A stretch of DNA of 64,000 nt from Candidatus Limnocylindrales bacterium (GTDB taxonomy: Bacteria; Chloroflexota; Limnocylindria; Limnocylindrales; CSP1-4), in the NCBI GenBank assembly GCA_050014975.1, contig JBEKCH010000005.1, positions 16,493 through 80,492 of the forward strand, in the 5' to 3' direction. Below the pieces are notes generated by a model. It was not told the origin of the DNA. It saw only the letters and a program-made list of their open reading frames with translations, and did not search any database. This document shows positions 40,181 through 49,999 of the stretch, piece after piece. The first letter of the stretch is position 1. Each line of letters starts with the position of its first letter. A program made the position numbers and the translations under genes.

Positions 40181-41350
40181 GTGTCCGCATCCCGCGCCAG
40201 CCGCTCGCCCGCCAACCGCTCGCCCGCCAACCGCTCGCCCGCCAACCCGGCTGCGGTCGCCTCTCCGGCTGGCGCAGGCGCCATCGCTCGCCCGCGCCTG
40301 GTGGAGCGCTACCGCGAGTTCCTGCCGATCACCGAGCGGACCCCGATCATCAGCCTGGGCGAGGGCTTCACGCCGCTGGTCCGGATCGACCACATCGCCG
40401 GGCGCATCGGCGTGCCGAACCTCTACGTGAAGTACGAGGGCATGAACCCGACCGGCTCGTTCAAGGACCGGGGCATGGTCGTGGCCATCTCCAAGGCCGT
40501 CGAAGAGGGCGCGCGGGCGGTCATCTGCGCCTCCACCGGCAACACCTCGGCCTCCGCCGCGGCCTACGGCGCCGCCGCGGGCGTGGAGGTGATCGTCGTC
40601 CTGCCCAAGGGCAAGATCGCCCTGGGCAAGCTGATCCAGGCGCTCGCCGCCGGGGCGAAGATCGTGGCCGTGGACGGCAACTTCGACGAGGCTCTGCGCG
40701 TGGTGCGCGAGATGGCCGAGCAGAAGGTCCACCCGGTAACGCTGGTCAACTCGATCAACCCGTACCGGATCGACGGCCAGACGACCGCCGCCTTCGAGGT
40801 CTGCGACGACCTGGGCCGAGCGCCCGACATCCTGGCCATCCCGGTCGGCAACGCCGGCAACATCACCGCGTACTGGGCCGGGTTCAACCGCTACGCGGCA
40901 GCCGGGCGGATCGGCGCGAAGCCGCGCATGTACGGCTTCCAGGCGGCCGGCGCGGCGCCGATCGTGCTGGGCCATCCCGTCGAGAAGCCCGAAACGATCG
41001 CCACTGCCATTCGCATCGGCAATCCGGCTTCGTGGCGCCAGGCCGTGGCGGCCCGCGATGAGTCCGGGGGGCTCATCGAGACGGTCAGCGACGACGAGAT
41101 CGTGGCCGCGTATCGGGACCTGGCCACGAGCCAGGGGATCTTCTGCGAGCCCGCTTCGGCGGCGAGCCTGGCGGGCGTTTGCAGGCTCGCCGCGGCGGGG
41201 CGGATCGACCGGAACGCCACTGTTGTGTGCGTCCTGACGGGCCACGGTCTGAAGGATCCCGAGACGGCCGAGCGGACGGCCGGCGGCGCCGGCGCGATCC
41301 TCGAGGCGGCCCCAACCACCGCGGGCGTCATGCGCGCCCTCGGCTGGTAG
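40181..41350 (+). CDS. thrC: Threonine synthase
   Basis: RYREFLP...LGEGFTPL, PLP-lysine motif GSFKDRG. GGAG RBS 8 nt before the GTG. N-terminal about 38-aa extension containing (RSPAN)x3. Confidence 0.9.
   Translation: MSASRASRSPANRSPANRSPANPAAVASPAGAGAIARPRLVERYREFLPITERTPIISLGEGFTPLVRIDHIAGRIGVPNLYVKYEGMNPTGSFKDRGMVVAISKAVEEGARAVICASTGNTSASAAAYGAAAGVEVIVVLPKGKIALGKLIQALAAGAKIVAVDGNFDEALRVVREMAEQKVHPVTLVNSINPYRIDGQTTAAFEVCDDLGRAPDILAIPVGNAGNITAYWAGFNRYAAAGRIGAKPRMYGFQAAGAAPIVLGHPVEKPETIATAIRIGNPASWRQAVAARDESGGLIETVSDDEIVAAYRDLATSQGIFCEPASAASLAGVCRLAAAGRIDRNATVVCVLTGHGLKDPETAERTAGGAGAILEAAPTTAGVMRALGW
40201..40245 (+). repeat. 15-bp tandem repeat x3 (ccgctcgcccgccaa) inside the thrC 5' end, encoding (RSPAN)3
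   Basis: Read from the sequence. Confidence 0.9.
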
Positions 41351-41371
41351 CGCGTACGGGCGGGGAGCGTC

Positions 41372-42325
41372 ATGAGCTGGACCGATCGACTGGCCGGACG
41401 GCGACTCATAGTCGAGGTGCCGGCGACGACCGCGAACCTCGGCGCCGGCTACGACTGCCTTGGGCTGGCGCTCGAAGTCGTCAACCGCATCGAGGTCGAG
41501 CCGCTGCCGGGTTCCGGCGGGGGGGTAGAGCTTGCGGTTGAGGGCGATGGCGCCGCAGAAATCCCGGCCGATCGATCCAATCGCTTCCTCGTCGCCCTCG
41601 AGAAGGGCCTGCGACGCTCCGGCGACGAGCTGCCGGCGGGTCTTGGCTGGCGCCTGCGGATGCGCAACGACGTGCCTCTGGGGCGGGGGCTGGGGTCGTC
41701 CGCCACCGCGACCGTCGGCGGCCTCGTCGCGGCCAACGCGCTGCTGGATCGAATGCTGACCGTGTCCGACCTGCTGGCCATGGCGAGTGAGATCGAGGGC
41801 CACGCGGACAACGCCGCGGCCGCGCTGCTTGGTGGCTTCGTCGTCGTGGACGGACGCGGCGATTCCCCCGTTGCTCTCCGCTTCGACGCCCCGGTTTCAC
41901 TGCGATGCGTGCTCTTCATTCCCGAACGCCAGCTCTCCACCGAATCCATGCGCGCCTGCCTGCCGGCCCAGGTCCCCTTCGCCGCCGCCGCCGCCAACCT
42001 GGGCCGCGTGGCTCTGGGCGTGGCCGGTCTCTCCCAGGGTCGCCTGGAAGTGCTGGATCGCCTCACTCGCGACGAGCTCCACGAGCCCTACAGGGCCCGT
42101 CTCTTCCCGGAGCTGCCTCAGCTGATCGCGGCGGCCCGCGAGGCGGGCGCCCTCGGGGCGTGTCTGTCGGGCGCGGGCTCCACCGTGGTGGCGTTCAGCG
42201 ATTCGCCGGGCGAGTCGGACGCGATCGGCCTGGCAATGCTGGCCTGCGCGGAACGTCTCGGGCTGCCGGGCGGGATCCGAATCGTCGGAGTGCGAAACCT
42301 GCCCGCGCGGGCCTTCGAGCTGTAG
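41372..42325 (+). CDS. thrB: Homoserine kinase
   Basis: GHMP kinase motif (PxGSGLGSSA-like: VPLGRGLGSSATA) and N-terminal LGAGYDCLGLAL. Confidence 0.9.
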   Translation: MSWTDRLAGRRLIVEVPATTANLGAGYDCLGLALEVVNRIEVEPLPGSGGGVELAVEGDGAAEIPADRSNRFLVALEKGLRRSGDELPAGLGWRLRMRNDVPLGRGLGSSATATVGGLVAANALLDRMLTVSDLLAMASEIEGHADNAAAALLGGFVVVDGRGDSPVALRFDAPVSLRCVLFIPERQLSTESMRACLPAQVPFAAAAANLGRVALGVAGLSQGRLEVLDRLTRDELHEPYRARLFPELPQLIAAAREAGALGACLSGAGSTVVAFSDSPGESDAIGLAMLACAERLGLPGGIRIVGVRNLPARAFEL

Positions 42326-42331
42326 CCGCGC

Positions 42332-43522
42332 TCAGACCGACCCGTCGTCCTCGTCGTCTTCGTACTCGGGCAGCTCGGGCACTCCGACCACCTCCGCCCA
42401 CGGGGCGTACAGGATCACGGCGTCCCCCGGCTCGAGCATGTCGGCCATGGCCAGGGCGGCGACCGCGTCGGCGACGGCGGGCCCCGCGGGCTCGCGAACG
42501 CGGGCCAGGCTCTGCGGCGCGCCGAACGAGTAATCGCGCTTCTCGCTGCGGCCGCTCATCCAGGCGAAGACCTCCTCCTGGGCTAGGCGGAGCTGCTCGC
42601 GCCACCTGGGGTCTTCGTCGGCGAGGGCCTGCAGGTTGCGGTGAGCTATCCGCAGCTCCTCCTTGGGCTGCCGCCGCCAGGCCGCGATCAGCCCCGAAGT
42701 CTCTGCCGCGGTCAGCGCCGCGAGCCTGGTGAGGAACTCGAGCACGAGCGCGGTGTTCGGGCCGAACTCGCCCTCCTCCTCGGTGCGGCCCTCTTTCTCT
42801 GCCCCGCCCTCCGTGTGGGATGCCGGCGCTGCCGCCGGCGCCGCCTCGTCGGTCTCGTCGCCTTCGGACGCTTCGTCCTCCTCATCCTCCATCACCTCGG
42901 ACCACGGACCGTACAGCGTGTCGAAGTCCACGTCGGCGAGCTCGTCCTCCAGGACGAGTGCGTCGACCGCGTCGGTCGCCGCCTCCGCGACGATGGAGTA
43001 GACCGCGTCGTCACCTTCGAGTTGCATGGACGCGAGCCAATCCGAGACGGCATGCTCGGCGGCCCACAGCTCGGCCTCGCGCCCCCCGCCGCGGTGGCTC
43101 CGCCGCACGACCGATCGGGCGACCTTCCGCTCGGCCTCGGGGATCGCCTCGTAGGCGTCCGCGATCGCCTCGGCGGTCTCGTCGTCGATGTCGGCCAGCT
43201 CGTCGAGCAGCGAGGCGACGTCTTCGCCGTTCGGGCCGTACATCTGCGTTGGGTTCGAGCCGGTCAGCCCGAACTCCTCCGCCTCGCGCTCGAGCTCGGC
43301 CCGAAGCGCGGCCGCCCGTTCCTCCGCCGTCCTCGCGCCCGACCGGCCGAGTTCGTCGCCCTCCTCCGGCTCGCCCTCCGGCTCGTCCTCGAAGTCCTCC
43401 GGCTCGCCGGGCGAGGCGTTCGGCCCATCCGAAGATGTCCAGCTGAGCGCGTTCGGCACGGCCTCGTCGATCAGCCGGTTGGGAGCGCCCTCGTCCTTCT
43501 TGTAACGCCTGAACATCGACAT
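42332..43522 (-). CDS. Hypothetical highly acidic protein, paralog A (internally duplicated; no recognised family)
   Basis: Starts MSMFRRYKK. Very D/E-rich. Two homologous halves joined at EGEFGPNT. Clear paralogy to the adjacent gene. Confidence 0.6.
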   Translation of the reverse strand: MSMFRRYKKDEGAPNRLIDEAVPNALSWTSSDGPNASPGEPEDFEDEPEGEPEEGDELGRSGARTAEERAAALRAELEREAEEFGLTGSNPTQMYGPNGEDVASLLDELADIDDETAEAIADAYEAIPEAERKVARSVVRRSHRGGGREAELWAAEHAVSDWLASMQLEGDDAVYSIVAEAATDAVDALVLEDELADVDFDTLYGPWSEVMEDEEDEASEGDETDEAAPAAAPASHTEGGAEKEGRTEEEGEFGPNTALVLEFLTRLAALTAAETSGLIAAWRRQPKEELRIAHRNLQALADEDPRWREQLRLAQEEVFAWMSGRSEKRDYSFGAPQSLARVREPAGPAVADAVAALAMADMLEPGDAVILYAPWAEVVGVPELPEYEDDEDDGSV

Positions 43523-43546
43523 CTCCGCCGTCCTCGCCGCTGGCCG

Positions 43547-44695
43547 TCAGTTCTCCGCCCTGTCCGAACCGGCCGGCCGGCCCTCCTCATCGGCCGGCTC
43601 CGGCAACGGCGGCGCGCCCACGAGATTGAACCACGGCGCGTAAAGCGCTTCCGCGTCTTTCGGCGCCAGCAGGTCGCCGACCACCAGGGCCGCGATCGCG
43701 TCGGCGAGGGCCGGGCCCGCCATCCGGCGCGTCACGCTCTGGCCGGTCTGGCCCATGAAGCCGGCCGTCTCCTGCAGCCGGCCACCGTTCAGCCAGGGAA
43801 CGATCTGCTCCTGGGCCCGGCGGACCTGGTCATGCCAATTCGGGTCTTCCTCGACCAGTCCGTGAAGGGCCTGGTGAGCCAGTTCCAACGCATCGTGAGG
43901 GGCTTCCTGCCAGGCGCTCACGAGCCTGGCGACCTGCTCCGGAGAGAGGAGCCAGAGCCGGTTGAGGAAATCGGCGACGGAGTCAGTGTTGGGGCCGAAC
44001 TCGCCCTCGGTCTCCTTCTCGGTCTCCGCCTCGGCTTCCGCATCGCCCTCGCCCGCCTGAGCGTCGACGGCTCCGGCGCCGCCCTCGATCTCCTCGAGCT
44101 CATGCTCCACCATCACCTTCTCGAGGGCCTCGGTCCAGGGCAGGAACAGAGCCTGGTAATCCGGCTCCTCCAGCTCGTCTTCCAGGATGGTCGCGGTGAC
44201 GGCATCCAGCGCGGCATCGCTCACCTGCGAGCAGATGCGTGCCCAGTTCGGGACGGCCTTGGCGTATTCGGGGTATTCGGCGGCGACGGACAGCCAGGCT
44301 CCGATCTCCTCCCGCGCCATCTGGACGTGACGGGCCATCTCCGCGTCGGCCTCGGTCAGCTTGCGAGCGGCCTTACGCGCGGCATCGCGATCTGACCTGG
44401 GGGCGCTCCGCCACTCTTCGGCGATCGTGGCGGCGTCGTCCGGACCGACTTCCTCGAGCCGGTCCAGAACCGCGAGCACGGCGACGGCGTTGGGGCCGTA
44501 GAGCCAGGCGTCGTTGTCGGCCAGGTAGTCCGCCGCCTGGCTGTCGAGGTCGACGTCCACGTCCTCGGGCGCCGGCTGTTCGGCGGCGTCGGCGGCGGCG
44601 TCCTCGGCCTCGGGCCCCTCGTCCGCGTCGGGTTCGGCGCCGTCGCGCGGCCGATCTGCGGCCTCTGGAGAGCTGCGATCGCGTCGCCTGAACAT
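43547..44695 (-). CDS. Hypothetical highly acidic protein, paralog B (internally duplicated; no recognised family)
   Basis: Starts MFRRRDRS. Same two-half architecture, with shared blocks (LYGPN, EDELxxxDFxxLxxPW, EGEFGPNT, AHxxLxxLxEEDPxW, AGPAxADAxAAL, LYAPW). Confidence 0.6.
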   Translation of the reverse strand: MFRRRDRSSPEAADRPRDGAEPDADEGPEAEDAAADAAEQPAPEDVDVDLDSQAADYLADNDAWLYGPNAVAVLAVLDRLEEVGPDDAATIAEEWRSAPRSDRDAARKAARKLTEADAEMARHVQMAREEIGAWLSVAAEYPEYAKAVPNWARICSQVSDAALDAVTATILEDELEEPDYQALFLPWTEALEKVMVEHELEEIEGGAGAVDAQAGEGDAEAEAETEKETEGEFGPNTDSVADFLNRLWLLSPEQVARLVSAWQEAPHDALELAHQALHGLVEEDPNWHDQVRRAQEQIVPWLNGGRLQETAGFMGQTGQSVTRRMAGPALADAIAALVVGDLLAPKDAEALYAPWFNLVGAPPLPEPADEEGRPAGSDRAEN

Positions 44696-44750
44696 GAGGT
44701 CCTCCGGAGTTCCGGCGGGGCCGCGGCGGTCCCGCCTGGCACGCCGGAGA

Positions 44751-45542
44751 TCATGCCACTCCGTGCGCCTCGATGAATCGTCTCACACGAGCCCAAGCGT
44801 CGTCAGACTGGGCCTGAAACTCCGCCTGCTTGCGGTCGAAGAAGCTGTGTGGAGCGTCCGGCTCTACGACGATCTCGTTCTCGACGCGGGCTTCCTGCAG
44901 AGCGTCGCGGAAGGCCTGGACGACCGAGACCGGAATGCCCTGGTCGGCCCCGCCGAAGATGCCGAGGACCGGGCAGTCGAAGGCGCGCACGGTTTCGGTG
45001 GGCGCTGGCGTGTCGTTGCGAGAGGGCCCGCCCGGCCAGCCGTAGAACCCGATCACGCCTGCCAGCCCCAGGCCCAGAGTGGCGGACAGGAAGGCGTTCC
45101 GGCCGCCCATGCAGAAACCGGTCGCGAAGATGGCCGGTGGCGCGGCCTTCGTGGCATCGGCCGGCCGAGCGCCCCGCTCGCGCAGGAAGGACGCGGCCGC
45201 CACGATGTCGGCCGACAGGCCGGCCCACGTCGTCTGGGCTACGTGCGGCCCCGAGTCGAACGTGGCGTCGCGCTCGCCGGTGCCCGCGGTCCGGCCGAAG
45301 TAGTCGATCGAGAGCGCCTCGACGCCGGCCTCGGCGAAGCGAAGGGCGAGCTCCTCGTAGTAGTGATGGAGCCCCCGGACGTCGGGCAGGATCACGATCG
45401 CTTTGCCGGTCGGGACGGCCGGTCGGGCATGGAAGGCCCGGAATCTGTTGCCGTCGGCGGCCGAGAGAATCAACGGCTCATGCTCAACGGCAGGACCGGC
45501 CGCGGCCGGGATCGGGGGCTCACTGTCGAGATCGAAACACAT
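44751..45542 (-). CDS. Dienelactone hydrolase family protein
   Basis: Alpha/beta-hydrolase with the nucleophile motif GFCMGG and DLH-like length and order. Confidence 0.8.
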   Translation of the reverse strand: MCFDLDSEPPIPAAAGPAVEHEPLILSAADGNRFRAFHARPAVPTGKAIVILPDVRGLHHYYEELALRFAEAGVEALSIDYFGRTAGTGERDATFDSGPHVAQTTWAGLSADIVAAASFLRERGARPADATKAAPPAIFATGFCMGGRNAFLSATLGLGLAGVIGFYGWPGGPSRNDTPAPTETVRAFDCPVLGIFGGADQGIPVSVVQAFRDALQEARVENEIVVEPDAPHSFFDRKQAEFQAQSDDAWARVRRFIEAHGVA

Positions 45543-45668
45543 GCCAGGCGGCTCCTCCAGGGTGGTGGAGCCCTATCTTCGCCTCAATCCGCAGCGACAC
45601 CCGGCGGCGGAGATCCGGTTGCGCCTCGCGGTGCCGAAGCGGCAGTGCTCGCTGCTAGAATGCCCGCC

Positions 45669-46967
45669 ATGCCCAAACAGCTTGTCGTCCAGAAGTTCGG
45701 CGGCTCTTCAATCGCCAACGCCGACCGGATCCGCCGCGTCGCCGCGCGCATCGCCCGTGACCGGGCGACCGGCACCGACCTCGTGGTCGTCGTCTCGGCG
45801 ATGGGCGATACCACCGACGAGCTGGTCGCCCTGGCCGGCGCCATTACGGACGATCCGGATCCGCGTGAGCTGGACATGCTCCTCGCGACCGGCGAGCACC
45901 AGAGTGCTACGCTCGTGTCGATGGCCCTGCATGCGCTGGGCATGCCGGCCATCGCGCTCTCGGGCGCTCAGGCGGGCATCACTACCGACGGCAACTACGG
46001 CAAGGCACGAATCGCCGACATAGACCCCAAACGCATCTTCGCCGAGATCGAGGCCGGCCGAGTCGTCATCGTCGCCGGTTTCCAGGGCCAGAGCGTGAGG
46101 GATCCCCATCTGGCGGAGATCACCACGCTGGGCCGTGGCGGCTCCGATACCACCGCCGTTGCGCTCGCGGCCGCGCTGGAGGCGGACCGTTGCCAGATCT
46201 TCACCGACGTCAGGGGCATCTACACGGCCGACCCCCGATTGGTGCCGGACGCCCGCCAGCTGCCCGTAGTCTCCTATGAGGAGATGATGGAGCTGGCACA
46301 CCAGGGCGCTCAGGTGATGCAGGTCCGAGCCGTTGAGCTGGGCTGGGTCAACAACGTGGTAATCGAGGTGCTGAGCTCGTTCGAAGACGTCCCCGGCACG
46401 CTCATCAAGGAGGATCCGTTCGTGGAGCAGCGCAACAAGGTTCGCGGGCTGGCCCACGACCGCAACGTGGCCAAGGTCACCCTGGTCGAGGTGCCGGATC
46501 GGCCCGGAGTCGCTCACGCCGTCTTCGCGCCGCTGGCCGAGGCGGGCATCAACGTCGACACGATCGTCCAGAACGTCGGCCACCACGGCACGACGGACCT
46601 GAGCTTCACCATCACCCGCGGCGACCTCGCCAAGACCAAGCGAATTCTCGAGCCGATCGTGCGCGAGCTGGGCTTCCGCGAGATGACGACCGACTCGGCG
46701 ATGGCCAAGGTTTCCATCGTCGGCGCCGGCATCCAGAATGCGCCCGGCTACGCCTCGCGCATGTTCGCCGCCCTGGCCGAAGCGGGCGTCAACATCGAGA
46801 TCATCTCCACCTCGGAGATCCGGATCACCTGCATGATTGCCGAGGATCAGGTCGAAACGGCGGTCCGGGCGCTCCACAAGGCCTTTGCCCTGGAGGAGCC
46901 CGAGCCGGTGCTGCAGGACGAGGCCGGAGCGGCGGGCGCCGGTGGGACGGCGAAGTCGGGCGCGTGA
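45669..46967 (+). CDS. lysC: Aspartate kinase (with C-terminal ACT domains)
   Basis: LVVQKFGGSSIAN, the AAK domain and two ACT repeats. Confidence 0.9.
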   Translation: MPKQLVVQKFGGSSIANADRIRRVAARIARDRATGTDLVVVVSAMGDTTDELVALAGAITDDPDPRELDMLLATGEHQSATLVSMALHALGMPAIALSGAQAGITTDGNYGKARIADIDPKRIFAEIEAGRVVIVAGFQGQSVRDPHLAEITTLGRGGSDTTAVALAAALEADRCQIFTDVRGIYTADPRLVPDARQLPVVSYEEMMELAHQGAQVMQVRAVELGWVNNVVIEVLSSFEDVPGTLIKEDPFVEQRNKVRGLAHDRNVAKVTLVEVPDRPGVAHAVFAPLAEAGINVDTIVQNVGHHGTTDLSFTITRGDLAKTKRILEPIVRELGFREMTTDSAMAKVSIVGAGIQNAPGYASRMFAALAEAGVNIEIISTSEIRITCMIAEDQVETAVRALHKAFALEEPEPVLQDEAGAAGAGGTAKSGA

Positions 46968-47785
46968 CCACGAGCGTCGCGTTCCTCTCGCGACAGGAGC
47001 GGTTCCGATCGGTCCCTTCCACCAACGACATCGTCCGCAACTGGCTGACCGCGGGAACCGCTGAGGTCTGTCTGGCCGTGGCCGGCGAGCAGACCGCCGG
47101 TCGCGGGCGCTCGGGTCGATCCTGGCTGGCACCGGAGGGCGCCGCCGTGCTGCTATCGCTTGGCTTCCGGCCCGGCTATGTTGCCGCGGATCGCGTCTGG
47201 CGCCTGGCGGCGCTCGTCTCTCTGGCGATGGCCGACGCCGCCGAAGAAGTCGCGGGGTTGGTGGCCGGCAGGCTGCGCCTCAAGTGGCCGAACGACATCG
47301 TCGCCGAGACAGGGGCCGGCCTGCGCAAGCTGGCCGGGGTGCTGGGCGAGACGGAGGGCATCGGGACGGCCGATCCAATTGCCATCGTCGGTATCGGCAT
47401 CAACGCCGACTGGCCCCGCGTGCGCTTCCCGACCGAGCTGGCCGATTCGATGACGAGTCTGAGCGAGATCTCCGGCGGCCGGCCGATCGATCGCGAGGCC
47501 CTGCTCGACTCCTTTCTGACGCACCTGGAGCCGCGGGTGCTGGCCCTGCGCGACCGCTATTTCGACGTGGCCGGCTGGCATGCCAGGCAGGTGGCGACCG
47601 GTCGCGTGGTCCGTATCGAGAGGCCGGGGGGCGGGGTCGAGGAGGCCCGCGCCGTGGGCGTCGACGGAGCCACGGGGGCGCTGCTGGTCGAGGATCCGGC
47701 ATCTCCGGGCGGCGAGTGCGAGATTCTGGCGGGCGAGATCGTCCACGTCCGTCTGGCTGTCGAGCGCGAGAATGTAACGCCATGA
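46964..47785 (+). CDS. birA: Biotin--[acetyl-CoA-carboxylase] ligase
   Basis: BPL catalytic motif GEQTAGRGRSGRSW. GTG start overlaps the lysC stop. No N-terminal HTH, so this is a group I ligase. Confidence 0.8.
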   Translation: MTTSVAFLSRQERFRSVPSTNDIVRNWLTAGTAEVCLAVAGEQTAGRGRSGRSWLAPEGAAVLLSLGFRPGYVAADRVWRLAALVSLAMADAAEEVAGLVAGRLRLKWPNDIVAETGAGLRKLAGVLGETEGIGTADPIAIVGIGINADWPRVRFPTELADSMTSLSEISGGRPIDREALLDSFLTHLEPRVLALRDRYFDVAGWHARQVATGRVVRIERPGGGVEEARAVGVDGATGALLVEDPASPGGECEILAGEIVHVRLAVERENVTP

Positions 47786-48423
47786 GCAGGCCGGTGTTTG
47801 GAAGTTCGGAGGAGAGCGCCCGGCCGGCTCGGCTGGATCGCGACCGCGGTCTGGTCGAGGCGGCCCGACGCAACCCGGCCGATTTCGATGCGCTCTACAG
47901 GAAGTACCTGGCCCAGGTGTACAGCTACGCCTTCTACGAGCTTCGAGACCATCACGCCGCGGAGGACGCCACGGAACGAATCTTCATGCAGGCGCTGACC
48001 GGGCTGCCCCGCTTCGAGGAGCGAGCCGACGCCTTCGTGAGCGCCGGCGACCCCGGCGCCGAGCCCCCGGCCGACGCCTCCACGTTCCGCGTCTGGCTGT
48101 TCCGGATTGCCCGCAACGTGGTGGCCAACGAGCGCCGCCGCGACCGTCGCCGCCCCGTCTCACCGTTGGAGCACGCCAGCGGCCTCGCCGCTGCGGACGA
48201 CATCTTCGAATCTGCCGCGGCTCGCGAAGCCGGCAGCGCCGCCTGGCGGGCGGTGGCCCGCCTGCCCGAGGATCGGCGCCGGGCGGTCATCCTGCGCTTC
48301 GTGGACGAGATGTCGACCGCGGAGATAGCCGAGGTGCTCGGACGCTCCGAAGGGGCCGTCAGGGTTCTGCTCCATCGTGCGCTCCGCTCCGTGGCGACCG
48401 ATCTCCGCGGGAGGTTCCGCTGA
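47782..48423 (+). CDS. ECF-family sigma factor
   Basis: Region 2 (DALYRKYLAQVYSYAFYELRDHHAAEDATERIF) and region 4 (LPEDRRRAVILRFVDEMSTAEIAEVLGRSEGAVRVLLHRAL). ATG overlaps the birA stop (ATGA). Confidence 0.8.
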   Translation: MSRPVFGSSEESARPARLDRDRGLVEAARRNPADFDALYRKYLAQVYSYAFYELRDHHAAEDATERIFMQALTGLPRFEERADAFVSAGDPGAEPPADASTFRVWLFRIARNVVANERRRDRRRPVSPLEHASGLAAADDIFESAAAREAGSAAWRAVARLPEDRRRAVILRFVDEMSTAEIAEVLGRSEGAVRVLLHRALRSVATDLRGRFR

Positions 48424-49025
48424 TGCTGGACGGCGGCGCGCGCGATGCCCGCCGGACCGAGCGTTTCCTGGACGGCATCATGGAGGCCGAGGAGCGCGGC
48501 GCCGCGGCGGCGCCAGCGGACCTCGACCTGGACCCGGGCGTGCTGCTCGCCGCGCACGAGCTGCGGGCGGATCTCGTCCGGGTGCACCCATCCTTTCGGT
48601 TCGAGGAAGGTCTCGCGTCTCGCCTGGCCCAAACCGGCGGCCGCATGCAGAGGACGCGAGACGATCTGGAACCGGCCCTCGGGGCGGCCTCGATCGCGCC
48701 GTTCCGGGTCCGCCGGGCCGCCGCCGCGGAGCAAGACTCCGACGTGCCCCATCCTCAGGCCGCGCCCGGATCTGGCGTCGCGCCCGCTCTTCGCAGATTG
48801 CCGCTGAGCGGCCGACCCTCCCGTCCGTTCGTCTTCGGAGGTGTGGGCGTGGCCTCGGCGGCCATCTCCATCGGCGCCGTGTACGTCGCCTGGCGATGGT
48901 CCCGCGCCTCTCAGACGCCAATGGTCCGCGCCGTGCGCGCCGCCAGATCCGGACGCGGGGGGCACGTCTCCGGTCAGGGTCGCCGCGCCGGAGGTCTCCA
49001 CGGAATCTTCGGAGTGATGCCCTGA
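48423..49025 (+). CDS. Putative single-pass membrane anti-sigma factor (cognate to the upstream ECF sigma)
   Basis: Overlaps the sigma stop. One TM helix near the C-terminus (FVFGGVGVASAAISIGAVYVAW). No HxxxCxxC zinc motif, so the assignment rests on position only. Confidence 0.45.
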   Translation: MLDGGARDARRTERFLDGIMEAEERGAAAAPADLDLDPGVLLAAHELRADLVRVHPSFRFEEGLASRLAQTGGRMQRTRDDLEPALGAASIAPFRVRRAAAAEQDSDVPHPQAAPGSGVAPALRRLPLSGRPSRPFVFGGVGVASAAISIGAVYVAWRWSRASQTPMVRAVRAARSGRGGHVSGQGRRAGGLHGIFGVMP

Positions 49026-49999
49026 TGCCGGTCCGACTCCCGTTCCGACCACGCCGCGACGCGTACCCGCCCGACCTTTGGACCAAGTGCCCGGGCTGCG
49101 CGGAGATGCTGTTCAACAAGCAGCTGGACAAAACGCTGCGGGTCTGCCCTCACTGCGGCCACCACTTTCGCATCTCGGCCAGGGCGCGCATCGCACAGCT
49201 GGTCGATCCGGGCTCCTTCACGGAGCGCGATGCCGACCTGACGCCGGTCGATGCCCTCGATTTCGTGGACCTCAAGAGCTATCCGGATCGGCTCATGGCG
49301 GCCCAGCTCGCCACCGGCCTGCGCGATGCCGCCGTCTGGGGGCTCGCGGCGATCGGCGGCAAGCCCATCTCGATGTGCGTCATGGATTTCGGCTTCATCG
49401 GCGGCTCGATGGGCTCCGTCGTGGGTGAGAAGGTGGCTCGAGCCGGTGAGGCCGCCGTCGAGGAACGCGTCCCGCTCCTGATCGTCTCGGCCTCGGGCGG
49501 GGCGCGCATGCAGGAGGGCACGTACTCGCTCATGCAGCTCGTCAAGACGATGGGCGTGATCGAGCGGGTCAAGGAGGCCTGCGTGCCGTACATCTCGGTC
49601 ATGACGGACCCGACGACGGGGGGCGTCTTCGCCTCGTTCGCCGTGGTCGGCGACGTCAACCTGGCCGAGCCGAACGCCTTGATACGCTTCGCCGGCGATC
49701 GCGTCTCGGCAGGAACGATCGGCGAAGAGCTACCGCCCGGCTACCAGCGCGCCGAGTTCTGGTTCGGCCACGGCTTCGTGGACCGGATCGTGCCGCGAGC
49801 CAAGCTGCGAGACGAGATCATCGCCCTGCTTGGGTTCCTGATCGCTCCGACGAACGGCCCGGGAGAGCCTCTGGCGAACCCGATCTCCCGGCCGCGGTCG
49901 TTCCTGTCCGCCCTCACCGGAGCGCGCAACGCCGACAGCAATGGCGAATCGCGCGCGCCCGAGGCCACACAGGCTCGTGGGGAGGCCGGCAATGGTTGA
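49025..49999 (+). CDS. accD: Acetyl-CoA carboxylase carboxyltransferase beta subunit
   Basis: N-terminal Zn ribbon (CPGCAEM...CPHCGHH) and the CT-beta domain. Start overlaps the previous stop. Confidence 0.9.
   Translation: MPVRLPFRPRRDAYPPDLWTKCPGCAEMLFNKQLDKTLRVCPHCGHHFRISARARIAQLVDPGSFTERDADLTPVDALDFVDLKSYPDRLMAAQLATGLRDAAVWGLAAIGGKPISMCVMDFGFIGGSMGSVVGEKVARAGEAAVEERVPLLIVSASGGARMQEGTYSLMQLVKTMGVIERVKEACVPYISVMTDPTTGGVFASFAVVGDVNLAEPNALIRFAGDRVSAGTIGEELPPGYQRAEFWFGHGFVDRIVPRAKLRDEIIALLGFLIAPTNGPGEPLANPISRPRSFLSALTGARNADSNGESRAPEATQARGEAGNG

Noticed and set aside
45543-45668. Possible lysine riboswitch (L-box) upstream of lysC (contains GGUGCCGAAG-like and GC-rich hairpins).
   Set aside because: The intergenic region is only 126 nt and the conserved L-box helices cannot be recognised by eye. 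It would need a covariance-model search.
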